Assembly (NCBI GenBank): GCA_020891255.1
Contig: BQFW01000004.1
Location: forward strand, 2,170,001-2,234,000
Length of the DNA stretch: 64,000 nucleotides
DNA from: Entomortierella parvispora E1425
Taxonomy: Eukaryota; Fungi; Mortierellomycota
Direction of reading: 5' to 3'
The position numbers were made by a program, and so were the translations under genes. Below, piece by piece: positions 25,237 to 35,792 of this stretch (position 1 is its first letter; each line of letters begins with the position of its first letter). The notes beneath the pieces were generated by a model. That model did not search any database, was not told where the DNA came from, and saw only the letters and a program-made list of their open reading frames with translations.

Positions 25237-26727
25237 CTAGATATCAAAAGATTCGGCCTGGCCGTGACTTTTTGACTCAAGATCGCTCACGTCTAGCCTC
25301 CTGTCACGGTCGTAATCCTCTCCGTTCTCGTCCTCCTGATCATCTTCCTCCATGGCACTATCCAAGTCTCCCCATCCATTCCAAAGGAGGGACAGTTCAT
25401 GTCGCCTAGAAGCCAAGATGATCACTGGCAACAGGGTACTCGGTACAAGGTAAAGGAGAGCCGGTTGTCCCTTTCGACTCCACATCATGCCGATATAGGT
25501 CATTTGTAGTCCCACAAAAAAGCCCAGAATCGCGGTTAAATGGTATCCCCATCGACCCTTGCCATTCCACCATCTTGCCTTTTGTTCATTCTTGAGACCA
25601 TGTGGAACAGCCATGGCGGCCTGGGCAGGAGATAGTCCTCCGATCAATGACAAGGGCTGGTCCTCCTCCAAACGAGCATCACATTCTTTCAAAAATGTGA
25701 CAAGAATGCCTGGCAGGACCACGTCTCCAAATCCAAGGATGGCCTCACCATCCCCCTTGAAACTGGGTACCCTGAACAACATTGGGATCGTCTCCTTGAC
25801 AGTCATAGTGGCTCCTGTGGCCGCCGCCTCCATGATGGATTCTCCAGATCGGGTCAGATACGGTGTCACAAACACGAAAAACACGTCATAAACAAACGCC
25901 GCCAAAAGAAGATATGCTGGTGTGGACATGGACGATGCCTTGAGGACTCTGAGCATCAGTGTAATGGTAAAGCCTAGTCAGTAGCAAAGGGTACAAGTTA
26001 ATTGGCTGGTGAATGCTACAGATACTCTATTGAGCTGAAACGTTCTTACCTCCCATGATGTCCTGAAAGATCCAGGCACAGCTAAAATAAAAAGAGATTT
26101 CATCATGGTGTGAGTGAGGAAAGAAGTTCTACCACAAGGGGGAGATATGACCTTCCATGATCCATTGATGCTTCATATCGTTACCTAGTATTCCTCAGCC
26201 AAAACCAGGTGAGGACAAAGAGGCCTGCCACTGTGTTGTGTTGCCATGGCTTTCCTTGCCTCATCCCAAATGAATGCAGTATATCGGGAAGGCACTGTTG
26301 AATGCTGACGAAGGCGCTCAAGCCAAAGCAAAACAGGCTTAGGTAAACTGCAGTTGAAGAGAGTAGAGAGCTGGTTATTGTCACTGTTCCCTTGTAACGC
26401 GAATGCATGTATGACAAGAAGACACATCCGCTCGCGGTCCTTCGTCTTGTTCTCTCTAACAGCAGTACCTAGTACGTTTGCCCACATCCACATTGCTAAA
26501 AGCCCAAGACTGGCCATGACGATGAATCCCAATGCATGGAGCTTGGTCAATGCGACTGCTTCGCCACTTTCTTCTTTCTGTCGTTGTTCATGTCTGTCTT
26601 CGACTGTGGTGTCTGCTGCGGCCAAGGTGGAAAGTGTAAGGACGGTTGTAGCCAGCAGAGCAAGCGGCAAGAGAGGAGCAGACAAGAGATGGGGCAAGTA
26701 TATTGACAGGGTTCCCATGACACTCAT
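25237..26727 (-). CDS. Signal peptide peptidase-like aspartyl intramembrane protease (A22B), 4 exons
   Basis: Catalytic FVYDVFFVF and LGFGDVVLPG, GQPALLYLVP (PAL motif) and WIFQDIMG, with multiple hydrophobic segments. Confidence 0.93.
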
Positions 26728-26998
26728 TTTGAACTGTCAGTGGTGAAGTGAAAGGGACGAGGAATCGGGAATGAGAACAGGAATTAAGAAAGGAGGGGAG
26801 GGTGGATGGAGAAAGAACAAGGCAAGAACAAGAGAGGCAACAAAACAAGGGCTGCTGGGCAAAATGTGGATTCGCGCACAAAACACCGATCACACACCCC
26901 GTGTTCGAAGGGATGGATGGATGGATGCAGGCACCGTTGGGAATTGCTATTATTGTGGACTGGTTGGTTGATATTATTGTGAACGATGGTACGGGCGA

Positions 26999-28720
26999 CT
27001 ACTTCTCATCGAGGATCGGGCTATTGGTGAACTGGAGAGGCGGGATCGCTGGGCCAGATCCCTGCCGGATCTCGGCCTTGTACACGTCCCCGTTCTCCAT
27101 CTGGCTGCGTTCGCGGGGATCAATGAAGCCCAGGCGGTAGTTTCGAGGTGGGGCTTGTCCTGCAACTGATTGATAGGTAGAGGTATCATAGTGTCCATAG
27201 CCGCCAGATGGAGGATATCCTCCCTCTCCGCCTCCTCCACCGTTGAATACGGGGCTAGACGATCTCACGGTATCAAAAGTTGGCTGCGGTGGGTAGAAAT
27301 CTGGAGTGGCGCTTTTTCGTGGCAACGAGGCAGCGTAAGGAGGGGCGACGCTACCTCCTCCAACACCAGCTGCTCCAAGTTCTTGCTGACGAGGCGAAAG
27401 GGCGGGGGAGTAAGATGACAGGTTTTGCTGGTAGAGACGTTGTTGTTCTTGTTCGAGTTGACGCTCCTGCTCCTGGATCCTGCTGATTTGGTCTGTATTG
27501 CTGAACCGCGTGTTAAAGGAAGCCGACTCGTTGGATTTTGGAGGCGACACGTATCCTTGCTCAGGCTCAACCTCTTGGAAGTTGGAGCTACCCGCTTGTT
27601 CTTGGGCATAGGCTGCAGGCATACGGGGAGTAGAGTTGTTGTAAGCCGCTGCAGCAGCTGCAAGCGCCAGTTCATCTTGTGAGGGCTCGACGTTGTTTCT
27701 AGCAGGAGCTTCCATGGGCTGCGGCTGCCAAGAAGAAACGGCAGACTTGACCTGATTGACTGCAGCTGCGGTGTATTCGGCACCATTGTAGATTCTCATT
27801 CTGTCTGCCACCTGCGTGTCCGTGTCGATCACCAGGGTAATAGCGCGTCCATAGCCTGCAATGAGCGCCATCTTTTCAGAGAACTCAAGCATGGCATCGA
27901 ACTTTGCGTCAAAGGCCTGCTTGATCGTGATTCTCTTGAACTGCATCAACTCCAGTTCCTGTGCAAGCAACTCTGCCGTGACCCTCTCAAGTGAATTCTG
28001 CAGTTCCATCATCTTGATAGGATTCTCCTTGGTGGATTTCTGTAGCTTTACAATCTGGTTTGTGAGATCCTGTTTTTTCTTGCGATTCTACGTTACGCGT
28101 CATCGTCAAAAAAAAAAAAAAAAAAATGTCATCAGTATGCATGCTCATTTTGTCAAACGGAGGTTTAGCCCGTAAATAGTTTTCTGTTCCCAATCACTTA
28201 CTTCGTCCAGTGTCATCTCCTGCACCTTCATGCTCTTGATAGTCTTGCGGTACTGAGTATGACGCAGAGAATATGACTGCTGGATGAGGCCCACCTCCTA
28301 TGTTGTGGTCGTTGAGAAAAGAGAGTGAAAAACAGGTGAGGAATGCGGTAAGGCTTGTTTGTGAGAGTCGTTCCCGCGTCTCTTTGTCGACTTTGGATGA
28401 TTACCTCCATGAGCTGTGACATACGCATACACACGTCCGTCAAGTCGTCGCCTTCTGTCGAGCCCCAGGCAGCAATCAGCTTGGCGTCTGCCGAGATTTC
28501 CTTGTCGAGGGTCTTGAGCGACGAATCAATGTTTTTCATTTCAGCGAGCCATTTGGTGATGTTCTTGTAGTTGTTCCTGAAGAGAGTTAAAAGATAAAGA
28601 CATGAGGACGCCATTCTTTGTCATGGAGAAGACTTGTCCATTGCATTCGGGAGGAGCAATTTACCCGAGGGGGTTGATATTGTTAAGACCTCGTCTGAGG
28701 TCGTGGCCGATGCTCTGCAT
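26999..28720 (-). CDS. PIL1: Eisosome BAR-domain protein of the PIL1/LSP1 family, 4 exons
   Basis: MQSIGHDLRRGLNNINPL|GNNYKNITKWLAEMKN...WGSTEGDDLTDV..., YRKTIKSMKVQE, AELLAQELELMQFKRITIKQAFDAKFDAMLEFSEKMALIAGYG, then a Pro/Gln/Tyr-rich tail. Confidence 0.88.
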
Positions 28721-29310
28721 AGTGGGCGACGTGATGGCGGGTGTGTTGAGAGGGAAGTTGGAGAGGTAAAAAGCGAGGCAGGGAATATGCCGAGAGGAGA
28801 AAATATGTTTCGGGGGAAGAAAAATGGAAAAATGGAGGGAAGGAAGAAGGAGGAAGCGTAGAGCAGCCAAGAATAGGAACCGAGACAGGATACAACGTGG
28901 GGCACGAGGGCTGTCCTGTTCTCGATGACGACCATTGCACCAAAAGGAAAAAAAAATGCCCTTCTTTCCTCTCTCTCGCTCTCCTTGCCCTCATTCCTGT
29001 TATTTGCCCTTGCTATCGTAACACGCAGAGCATGATCTCGTCACCATCGCGGCTTTCCGAGACGACGTAGTGTGGCGTTCAGTCGAGTGGCCGCTCGACC
29101 GGCAACAACCACAACGAGCAAGACTTTGCCCTGGTTCAGAGCGGCAGGTCTGGATCAGCAATCAAGGTTGATGCAAGGAACTGTCCTATTTTTAGGGGCC
29201 GCACTCCGCCACCACAGCCACCGGAAGTTGGTGGAGGCCCCTCAATCTCCTAATTCTCGGCCTAGCCTGGCCGTATAGTATAACATAGATCTTCAGCAAC
29301 TCTCCTCGTG

Positions 29311-29341
29311 TTGTTGTTTGTTGTTGTTGTTGTTGTTGTTG
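29311..29341 (+). repeat. (TTG)n microsatellite
   Basis: Direct reading of the ttgttg... run. Confidence 0.85.
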
Positions 29342-29424
29342 GTGATGATGATAATGATAAGATATATTACATGGTCTTGTTCTCTATGTGATTTCCTGGG
29401 AATATGGAGTGCGATTTTTTTTGT

Positions 29425-30051
29425 CTATAACCGTCCTTGCTCCTTGAGTTGTTTCTTTTCTTCCTCGCTCAATGACCAGAACTCATCCACCTTACGTTTG
29501 TAAAACCTCCGGAACTATACAGTCAGTCATACAAGTAAATGTGTTAGGGCATTCGACCTTTTCACTTCCGTTTGTTTTTCGATGCTCCAGAACTCATTTC
29601 AAATTCAGTGCTCTAGGAAAAGCACTCTTGCCACTCCCAAAACAAGCAGACAATTTCTCCTTACCGGTGAAAAGCAGGTCTCCTTCTCTCCGAAATCTGC
29701 GTACAGAGCAAAATATCCGCCCAATCCTATGTACGAGCAAGTGCAAAACGAGGACCCAGCAGTTGCTTGTTAGTGACTTTCCCTGCAGCGACAACGGTGA
29801 ATAAATAACCATGGATAAGACAGGCATGCTGGCGCCCATAACATGGCCGAAACAGAAAAAGCCTCGGACGAAAAAGTTCCTTTACCGACTGCTAGGACGA
29901 TGGTGGCGACATGCAATTGACGAAATCTGGGTTTGATGACGAGCGATTCCGGGGCAAGGTTCCTGCGTCTGTATTTTTCCTCGAGAATCTGTCTGCGCTC
30001 CTCCGAGATGGGGATGTACTCGTTCCTGGGACTCTGGTTGGGGTTGTCCAT
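29425..30051 (-). CDS. Small single-pass membrane protein (about 105 aa), 3 exons
   Basis: Spliced product MDNPNQSPRNEYIPISEERRQILEEKYRRRNLAPESLVIKPRFRQLHVATIVLAV|GLGGYFALYADFGEKETCFSP|FRRFYKRKVDEFWSLSEEEKKQLKEQGRL*. The GTAAAG/TAG and GTAAGG/TAG introns are in matching phase. Confidence 0.8.
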
Positions 30052-30155
30052 TCTTGTGGTATGTCGAGCAAGGGTCGAGAAGAGATGCTTCGGATCAGAC
30101 CAACATGCGACGGACCAAAGGCTGCGCTCATTTCGCAGTCACTCAATGCTGCTTG

Positions 30156-30173
30156 GGCGGTGCATGCACCGCC
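30156..30173. promoter_or_regulatory. Perfect 18-bp palindrome in a 216-bp divergent promoter
   Basis: GGCGGTGCATGCACCGCC equals its own reverse complement. TTGGGCGGTGCATGC recurs at 35695-35709 upstream of paralogue 3. Confidence 0.55.
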
Positions 30174-30267
30174 GCTTACTCGGCTATTTTTCCTTCTCCT
30201 TGGTCTTCCGCGTACCGTTGTCATCTTCCTTTCTTCCTTCTTCCCTCCCCCTTCCCCCAGACACACC

Positions 30268-32385
30268 ATGTCTATCAAAATACGGCGCAATTACAGCCCC
30301 GAGCTCGGTAGACCTTTACAGCACAATCCTACTGCCTCCACCGATCATGCCCCACGAACGGCGTTTGTTCCACCTTCCAAGCCATCGCCCATGGAGATAA
30401 ACGAGATTCTCTCCTCTGTCTTTTCGTTCCTGGACCAAAAAACCCTCAAGGATTCAGTCTCCCCTGTCTGTCGCCAATGGAATTCTGTTGCAGCTAGATA
30501 TATCCTTCGTACGATTCGAGTTCACCACGACAGCAGGAAGCCCATGGAAAATCTTCAAAGCCGACTCTTGAAAATCAATGCACTAGAAGTCGGTCGGAAA
30601 ATATATCCGTCAGCCTGGCCACTTTCTCTCAAGGAAACTCACCTTTGGGAAGAAGTGGTGGATAAATTAACCCAGGCACTGGAGCGAATTCAATCCGACG
30701 GTGGGGGCGACACCTCTGCAAGTCATCTTCAAATCAAGGCCTTGACTCTGAGCCTCGAGGTTCCCAACAGGCTTGATCAATTGTTATCCTTGGTCGTCCC
30801 ATCTAACTTGAGGGAGCTCACGATCGACTGTGAGTACAGCAAAAACCCTGTCCACCTTGGAACAGTCCTGGATATGTGCTCGAACTTGCTGCATTTGACC
30901 CTGACCTCCAACAAGGTCATTCCTATAAGGGATCATGTTCTTGGGAGGAGCGAAGCATGGCTCTCTCCTGATTCGGTCAAGGAGGGCCGTCGTCCTCATC
31001 CGCTACGGTCTCTTCGTATCAGGAACATGTGCGCCTCACCTATCAACCTCCAGTCCTATTTTCCAAGGTTGGGAAACCTAATCGAGCTTCATTATTATGA
31101 GGAAAGAAGTCGACCGGATGACAGCCCTCAAGACTCACTCCTCATGGATAACACAAGGCAGATCTTTTTGCAGACTTTGGTTCAGAACTGTCCGTTATTG
31201 GAATCCCTTCATATCCCGTTAAGCCATCATCAGGGATACCGAGTGCCAGTGGAGCTTTTCCCAAAGGTTCACGATTATTGCATGAATAATGGCGATGTCA
31301 CCACCGTTAGCTTGTTGGAGGGTATCTTGGCGAACGGAGTTGAAAGTAGGCTAACCAGATTGGAGATGATCGCAACCAAGTCCTATGGCTACATAGGCAG
31401 AGACATCAATCTCACGGCCAATCGACCCGATGATCTCTTGCACCAGGTCCTCTGCTCAGCACCACGGTTAGTTTATTTGAAGGCTGCTCCTCGTCCGGTA
31501 TGGTCCACTGTGCTGTGGGGCCAAGGAAGTCAGACGGATGCATGGGCATGCAGGCGGCTAAAGACGTTGGACCTTACGTTTGAGTCAGATTTGCCCCTCT
31601 ACCGAGGATACAAAACCGAAACCCGCCACATCTTCGCGTTCATCAGCCGTTTCTGTCCTGAACTAGAAGAGTTACGGCTTCAAGTCGGCAGTGCAGGACT
31701 CTCATTGAAGTCTGGTCTTTGTCTTTTGTCGCGGTTAAGGCATTTGCAATACGTGACTCTGAAGGGCAACTACCTCAGCGAGGACGCGGTCAATCGACAG
31801 GAGCTTGCCTGGATCCAAACGCCATCCCATCTCACACCACCGCAGACCTCTAAGACCTCAAGTTGGCTCCCCAAGATCTTCCAGAGTTCTCCAGCGAAAG
31901 GTACTCCGAGCGCTGTGGTGGAGTCATACCTCCACTGCATTGACACAGTTCAGTCACTCAAGGGTAGTGCCGGGAAAGACGACAGACTCAGGATGCAACA
32001 ACAGCAGAAAGGGAATCAATATTCCTCTAATTACACAGGTTTGTCCATCCCGATGGTGGATGGATTGGTGGATACAGAGTTTTCTGGATCTTTTCTCGAG
32101 ATCGAAGCGTGTCTCCAGGCGCAATTGTTTCGACTCCAGCGACTCCAGCAGCTACAAGCATTGAGTGGTAGCAGGCCTCCAAACGACATTTTGGCGGAAG
32201 AGCTTGAAGAAGCGGCCAAGGCAGCAGCAGTATGGCCAAATATGAAGAGTATGCGTTTGGTTCACGAGTTTCCGAGGTCCAGTCGGTCAGATTTAAACTT
32301 CAAGGAAGCCCAGAGCCGCGTGGAGAAAGGAAGTCAGGCGATATATGGGTTTAGACCAGAAATCTACATCATACAACATGGATGA
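30268..32385 (+). CDS. F-box-like/RNI-like LRR protein, tandem paralogue 1 (705 aa, intronless)
   Basis: N-terminal F-box-like PMEINEILSSVFSFLDQKTLKDSVSPVCRQWNSVA, LRR-like repeats (CPLLESLH, CPELEEL) and WACRRLKTLDL. The ATG at 30268 follows ACACC. Confidence 0.85.
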   Translation: MSIKIRRNYSPELGRPLQHNPTASTDHAPRTAFVPPSKPSPMEINEILSSVFSFLDQKTLKDSVSPVCRQWNSVAARYILRTIRVHHDSRKPMENLQSRLLKINALEVGRKIYPSAWPLSLKETHLWEEVVDKLTQALERIQSDGGGDTSASHLQIKALTLSLEVPNRLDQLLSLVVPSNLRELTIDCEYSKNPVHLGTVLDMCSNLLHLTLTSNKVIPIRDHVLGRSEAWLSPDSVKEGRRPHPLRSLRIRNMCASPINLQSYFPRLGNLIELHYYEERSRPDDSPQDSLLMDNTRQIFLQTLVQNCPLLESLHIPLSHHQGYRVPVELFPKVHDYCMNNGDVTTVSLLEGILANGVESRLTRLEMIATKSYGYIGRDINLTANRPDDLLHQVLCSAPRLVYLKAAPRPVWSTVLWGQGSQTDAWACRRLKTLDLTFESDLPLYRGYKTETRHIFAFISRFCPELEELRLQVGSAGLSLKSGLCLLSRLRHLQYVTLKGNYLSEDAVNRQELAWIQTPSHLTPPQTSKTSSWLPKIFQSSPAKGTPSAVVESYLHCIDTVQSLKGSAGKDDRLRMQQQQKGNQYSSNYTGLSIPMVDGLVDTEFSGSFLEIEACLQAQLFRLQRLQQLQALSGSRPPNDILAEELEEAAKAAAVWPNMKSMRLVHEFPRSSRSDLNFKEAQSRVEKGSQAIYGFRPEIYIIQHG

Positions 32386-32415
32386 TTAAACGCGTATGTC
32401 AACCCTCCCAGATCT

Positions 32416-32720
32416 ATAGATGGGTTGGTGGACATGGATTTTTCTGAATCTCATCTCGAAATTGAAGCGTGTCTCCAGGCGCAGTTGTATCGGCTTTAGA
32501 GGCTGCAACGCCTGCAAGCATTGGAGAGTAGCAGACCTCAAGATGCGACTTTCACTAGAGAGCTAGGAAGCGGCCAAGGCAGCAACAGTGTGGCCGTATG
32601 AAAAGGGTTCGTTTGCTCCCAGATTTTCCAATGTATATTCTGGCAGACGTGAACTTTAGCAGGCTCAGGCCCGCGTGAAAAAAGGATGTCGAGCAATACA
32701 TGGGTATAGACCAGATATCA
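32416..32720 (+). pseudogene. Duplicated, disrupted C-terminal fragment of the F-box/LRR family
   Basis: IDGLVDMDFSESHLEIEACLQAQLYRL*RLQRLQAL... has a TAG at 32497-32499 and later frameshifts. It is collinear with the 3' end of paralogue 1 (about 32055-32365). Confidence 0.85.
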
Positions 32721-33296
32721 ACACCCTCAATATCTTTCAATATGAATGAGTCCTTGCTTTGGTACAATGTGCGCGTCTTTTGGATTCCATAGTTAGAAAA
32801 AAACTACGCGCTTTGCAGGCAGCTCAATTGAGGGATTCTAGGGACTCTGAAGAAGGCGCGAGCGTTTGTGTTAATGATTGTGTGGAGAACATGCTAGAAC
32901 GTTCGTTCTGTAAACACTGCAGAGCTGAAAAGGGCTCAGCACAGGAAAAAAGTCCAACTGAATTCTTGGAGGCGAAGTTGATGGTGGGGGGGGGGGGGGG
33001 CGCGACAGCGAAGTTTACATTGGGGTCATTGATGCGTGTTGACAATCGAGTGGCTTCAGAGTTGTGGTGCAAGGAACGTCGCGCTATCACCCGCTCCTCG
33101 AGACCAAACAAAGAATAAGGATGTCCCTGCTGTTTCTCGTGTATCCAAAGGAAAAAAAAAAAAAAAAAACCTGGGTGGCCGTGGTCACAGCTTGGTTGGA
33201 TGAAAATCGCTTTTGTTTTCTTTCTTTTCTTCCTCCTGTCTTCCACAACATCTTCTTTCCTCTCTTTCCCCTCCTCCCCTCTCCTTCTGAGCCGCC

Positions 33297-35354
33297 ATGT
33301 ACTCAAAATCACGCCAGGGTCGTGCTTCGCAGCTCCATGGAAATGCTCACTCTCTTTCTCTGGGTGCACTATTACGCAATCCTCCTACATCTGTCAACTC
33401 TGCCCCATCGGCGGCGCTTGCGACGCCATCAAGACCTTCACCCTTGGAGATGAACGAGATCCTCTTGTCCATCTTCTTGTTCCTGGACCAAAACACCCTC
33501 AAGAAGACGGTCTTTTATGTGTGTCGCCGATGGCGTTCTGTCGCAAACCTGTTTTTCCCGCACACCCTTCGCGTACACCATGACAACAAGAAGCTATTGG
33601 AGGACCTTCCAAATCGGCTCTTGCACTTCACTGCTCTGGAGCTTGGACAGAGGATGGGCATGCCTCTTTCTTCAGAAGAGGCCGCTCGATCACACGAAAT
33701 GATGGATAAGGTGATCCAGGCGCTGAGGCAGCTCCAGTCGAATGGTCATACCCAAATCCTCCAAATGAAGGCCTTGACCCTCAACTTCGAGGTCCCGAAC
33801 AAGCTTGATCAATTGCTATCCGCGATCGTCCCTTCGAATTTGAGGGAACTCACAGTCGACTTCAAGTACAGCGTAAACGCCTTCGACCTTGGAGCGGTCC
33901 TGGATCTGTGTTCAAACTTGCTGCACGTGAGCCTGAGTTCCTATAAAGATGTTTACATTGGGTTTTCCGATTCGGGCCATGATGGCCATCGTCCTCATCC
34001 CATGCGGTCTCTTCATATCAAGGACATGCGCCTCTCGCTTGGTAACCTCCAGTCCCACTTTGCAAGGTTGGGGAACCTGATCGAGTTTCATTGTCTCCAT
34101 GTAAGGAATCATGGAAGCAGAGCGTTCGATTTCTTGCCTAACGGTGAACTGCTGACCTTTTGGGAGACGTTGGCTCGAGGCTGTCCTCTGTTGGAATCCC
34201 TTCACTTCTCACTGGATAATATGGAAACATATAAGGTGCCCTCAGGGCTCTTCCCTCGCGTTCACGATTATTGCGTCGGTCACAGAAGAGGCGCTCCAGA
34301 TAGCCTGCTGGAGAGTATCCAGGAGAACGGGCTCGGGGACAAGTTGACCGCCTTGGAGATTATGATGTACAAACCTCACCTTTACCGATACTACGACCGC
34401 CGCGCTCACAACATCGATGACAACCTCTATCCGGTCCTATGCTCAGCGACACAATTGGTCCATCTGAAAACTGGCCCTTATCCGCTCGAGTCTTCTGTGC
34501 TCTGGGGAGACGACCAAACAGGAGCGTGGGCCTGTAGACGGCTAAAGACGCTGTCGCTTTCATTAGAGACATTATTGCTTGGCGATCGAGGTCGCCCAGC
34601 AGAGTCTCGTCATGTATTTGCGTACATCAGCCGGTTTTGTCCAGAACTAGAAGAGTTGCGGCTTTACATCAATTGCACCGGGATTTCATTGAGGTCAGGA
34701 CTCTCTCTTTTGACGCGCCTGAAGAATCTTCGAGTGTTGATGATAAGGGGCAACTTTTCCTGTAATGAGCCGCCGCCCAGTCGAGAAGACTTTGCCTGGA
34801 TTCAATCACCATCCAGCCCTGCGATCAAACGGGCCTCTAAAGCGTCAAAAGGACTTGTGTTGTGCGAAGGTTCCCCAAAGAAGGATGCCCTAAGTGTTCT
34901 AGAGGAGGACTATCTCCGCTGTATCCGTATAGTTCAGTCGCTAGATAACGACGACTCCAACACACAGAAAAGGCTCAGGATGGAGCAACAACAGCGGGAC
35001 AATCAGTTTTCATCAGAGCACAAGGATCAGGCCTTCCCAATGGTAGATGGGTTAGTGGACAGGGACATTTTTACAGTTTCATACCTCGAAATCGAAGCGT
35101 GTCTCCGAGCGCAATTGTATCGACTCCAGCGACTCCAACGCCTAAGCAGTAACAGCCCTCAAGATGAGATTTTCACCAAGGAGTTAAAGGAGGCGGCCGA
35201 GGCAGCAGAGGTGTGGCCACAAATGAAGAAGTTGCACCTGGTTCAAGATAGTTTAGGATACAACCGTGGAGCTGCAAACAAGGGACGCGTGGACAAAGCG
35301 TGCCGAATACTGCATGGGCTTAGACCAGATATCGCCATAGTACAAAATGAATAA
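33297..35354 (+). CDS. F-box-like/RNI-like LRR protein, tandem paralogue 2 (685 aa, intronless)
   Basis: PLEMNEILLSIFLFLDQNTLKKTVFYVCRRWRSVA, WACRRLKTLSL, RHVFAYISRFCPELEEL and DGLVD..F...YLEIEACL. Confidence 0.87.
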   Translation: MYSKSRQGRASQLHGNAHSLSLGALLRNPPTSVNSAPSAALATPSRPSPLEMNEILLSIFLFLDQNTLKKTVFYVCRRWRSVANLFFPHTLRVHHDNKKLLEDLPNRLLHFTALELGQRMGMPLSSEEAARSHEMMDKVIQALRQLQSNGHTQILQMKALTLNFEVPNKLDQLLSAIVPSNLRELTVDFKYSVNAFDLGAVLDLCSNLLHVSLSSYKDVYIGFSDSGHDGHRPHPMRSLHIKDMRLSLGNLQSHFARLGNLIEFHCLHVRNHGSRAFDFLPNGELLTFWETLARGCPLLESLHFSLDNMETYKVPSGLFPRVHDYCVGHRRGAPDSLLESIQENGLGDKLTALEIMMYKPHLYRYYDRRAHNIDDNLYPVLCSATQLVHLKTGPYPLESSVLWGDDQTGAWACRRLKTLSLSLETLLLGDRGRPAESRHVFAYISRFCPELEELRLYINCTGISLRSGLSLLTRLKNLRVLMIRGNFSCNEPPPSREDFAWIQSPSSPAIKRASKASKGLVLCEGSPKKDALSVLEEDYLRCIRIVQSLDNDDSNTQKRLRMEQQQRDNQFSSEHKDQAFPMVDGLVDRDIFTVSYLEIEACLRAQLYRLQRLQRLSSNSPQDEIFTKELKEAAEAAEVWPQMKKLHLVQDSLGYNRGAANKGRVDKACRILHGLRPDIAIVQNE

Positions 35355-35792
35355 AACGATTCTACGCGTCTGCCCCTCGCTAGTTTGACTAGTACCTCCA
35401 GAAAAGTAACATGCTAGAACATTCGCAACCTGGGGGCGAAGCCTGCAATGATATTTCGATTCGGATGTTGACGCGTGTCATTGTTAGAAACCTTCAGACT
35501 GCTGTGCTGAAAGAGAGTAGAACAAGTGGTGAGGACAGCCCTATGTCGAGCCAGCTCTGGCGATTGTCGATCCCCTGTCTTCGTGAAGCGTTCCTCTGTC
35601 CTTGGGGTTATCAAACGGTGTGATCGCCGCAGTCAGGAATCGAGAGGCTTGAGAGCATCCATCCTCCGTTTTGCCGGTCACAGAGGCTGGCGGTTTGGGC
35701 GGTGCATGCCTCGTTTTGCCTATTTCTTTGACGTTCTTTGTCTTTCTCCCTCTTCCAGATTTTCCTCTCCTCCCATCCAGACCTACATCACA

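Noticed and set aside
29911-30267. N-terminal extension of F-box paralogue 1 from ATG 29911
   Set aside because: It overlaps the opposite-strand small gene and promoter. The paralogues align from ATG 30268.
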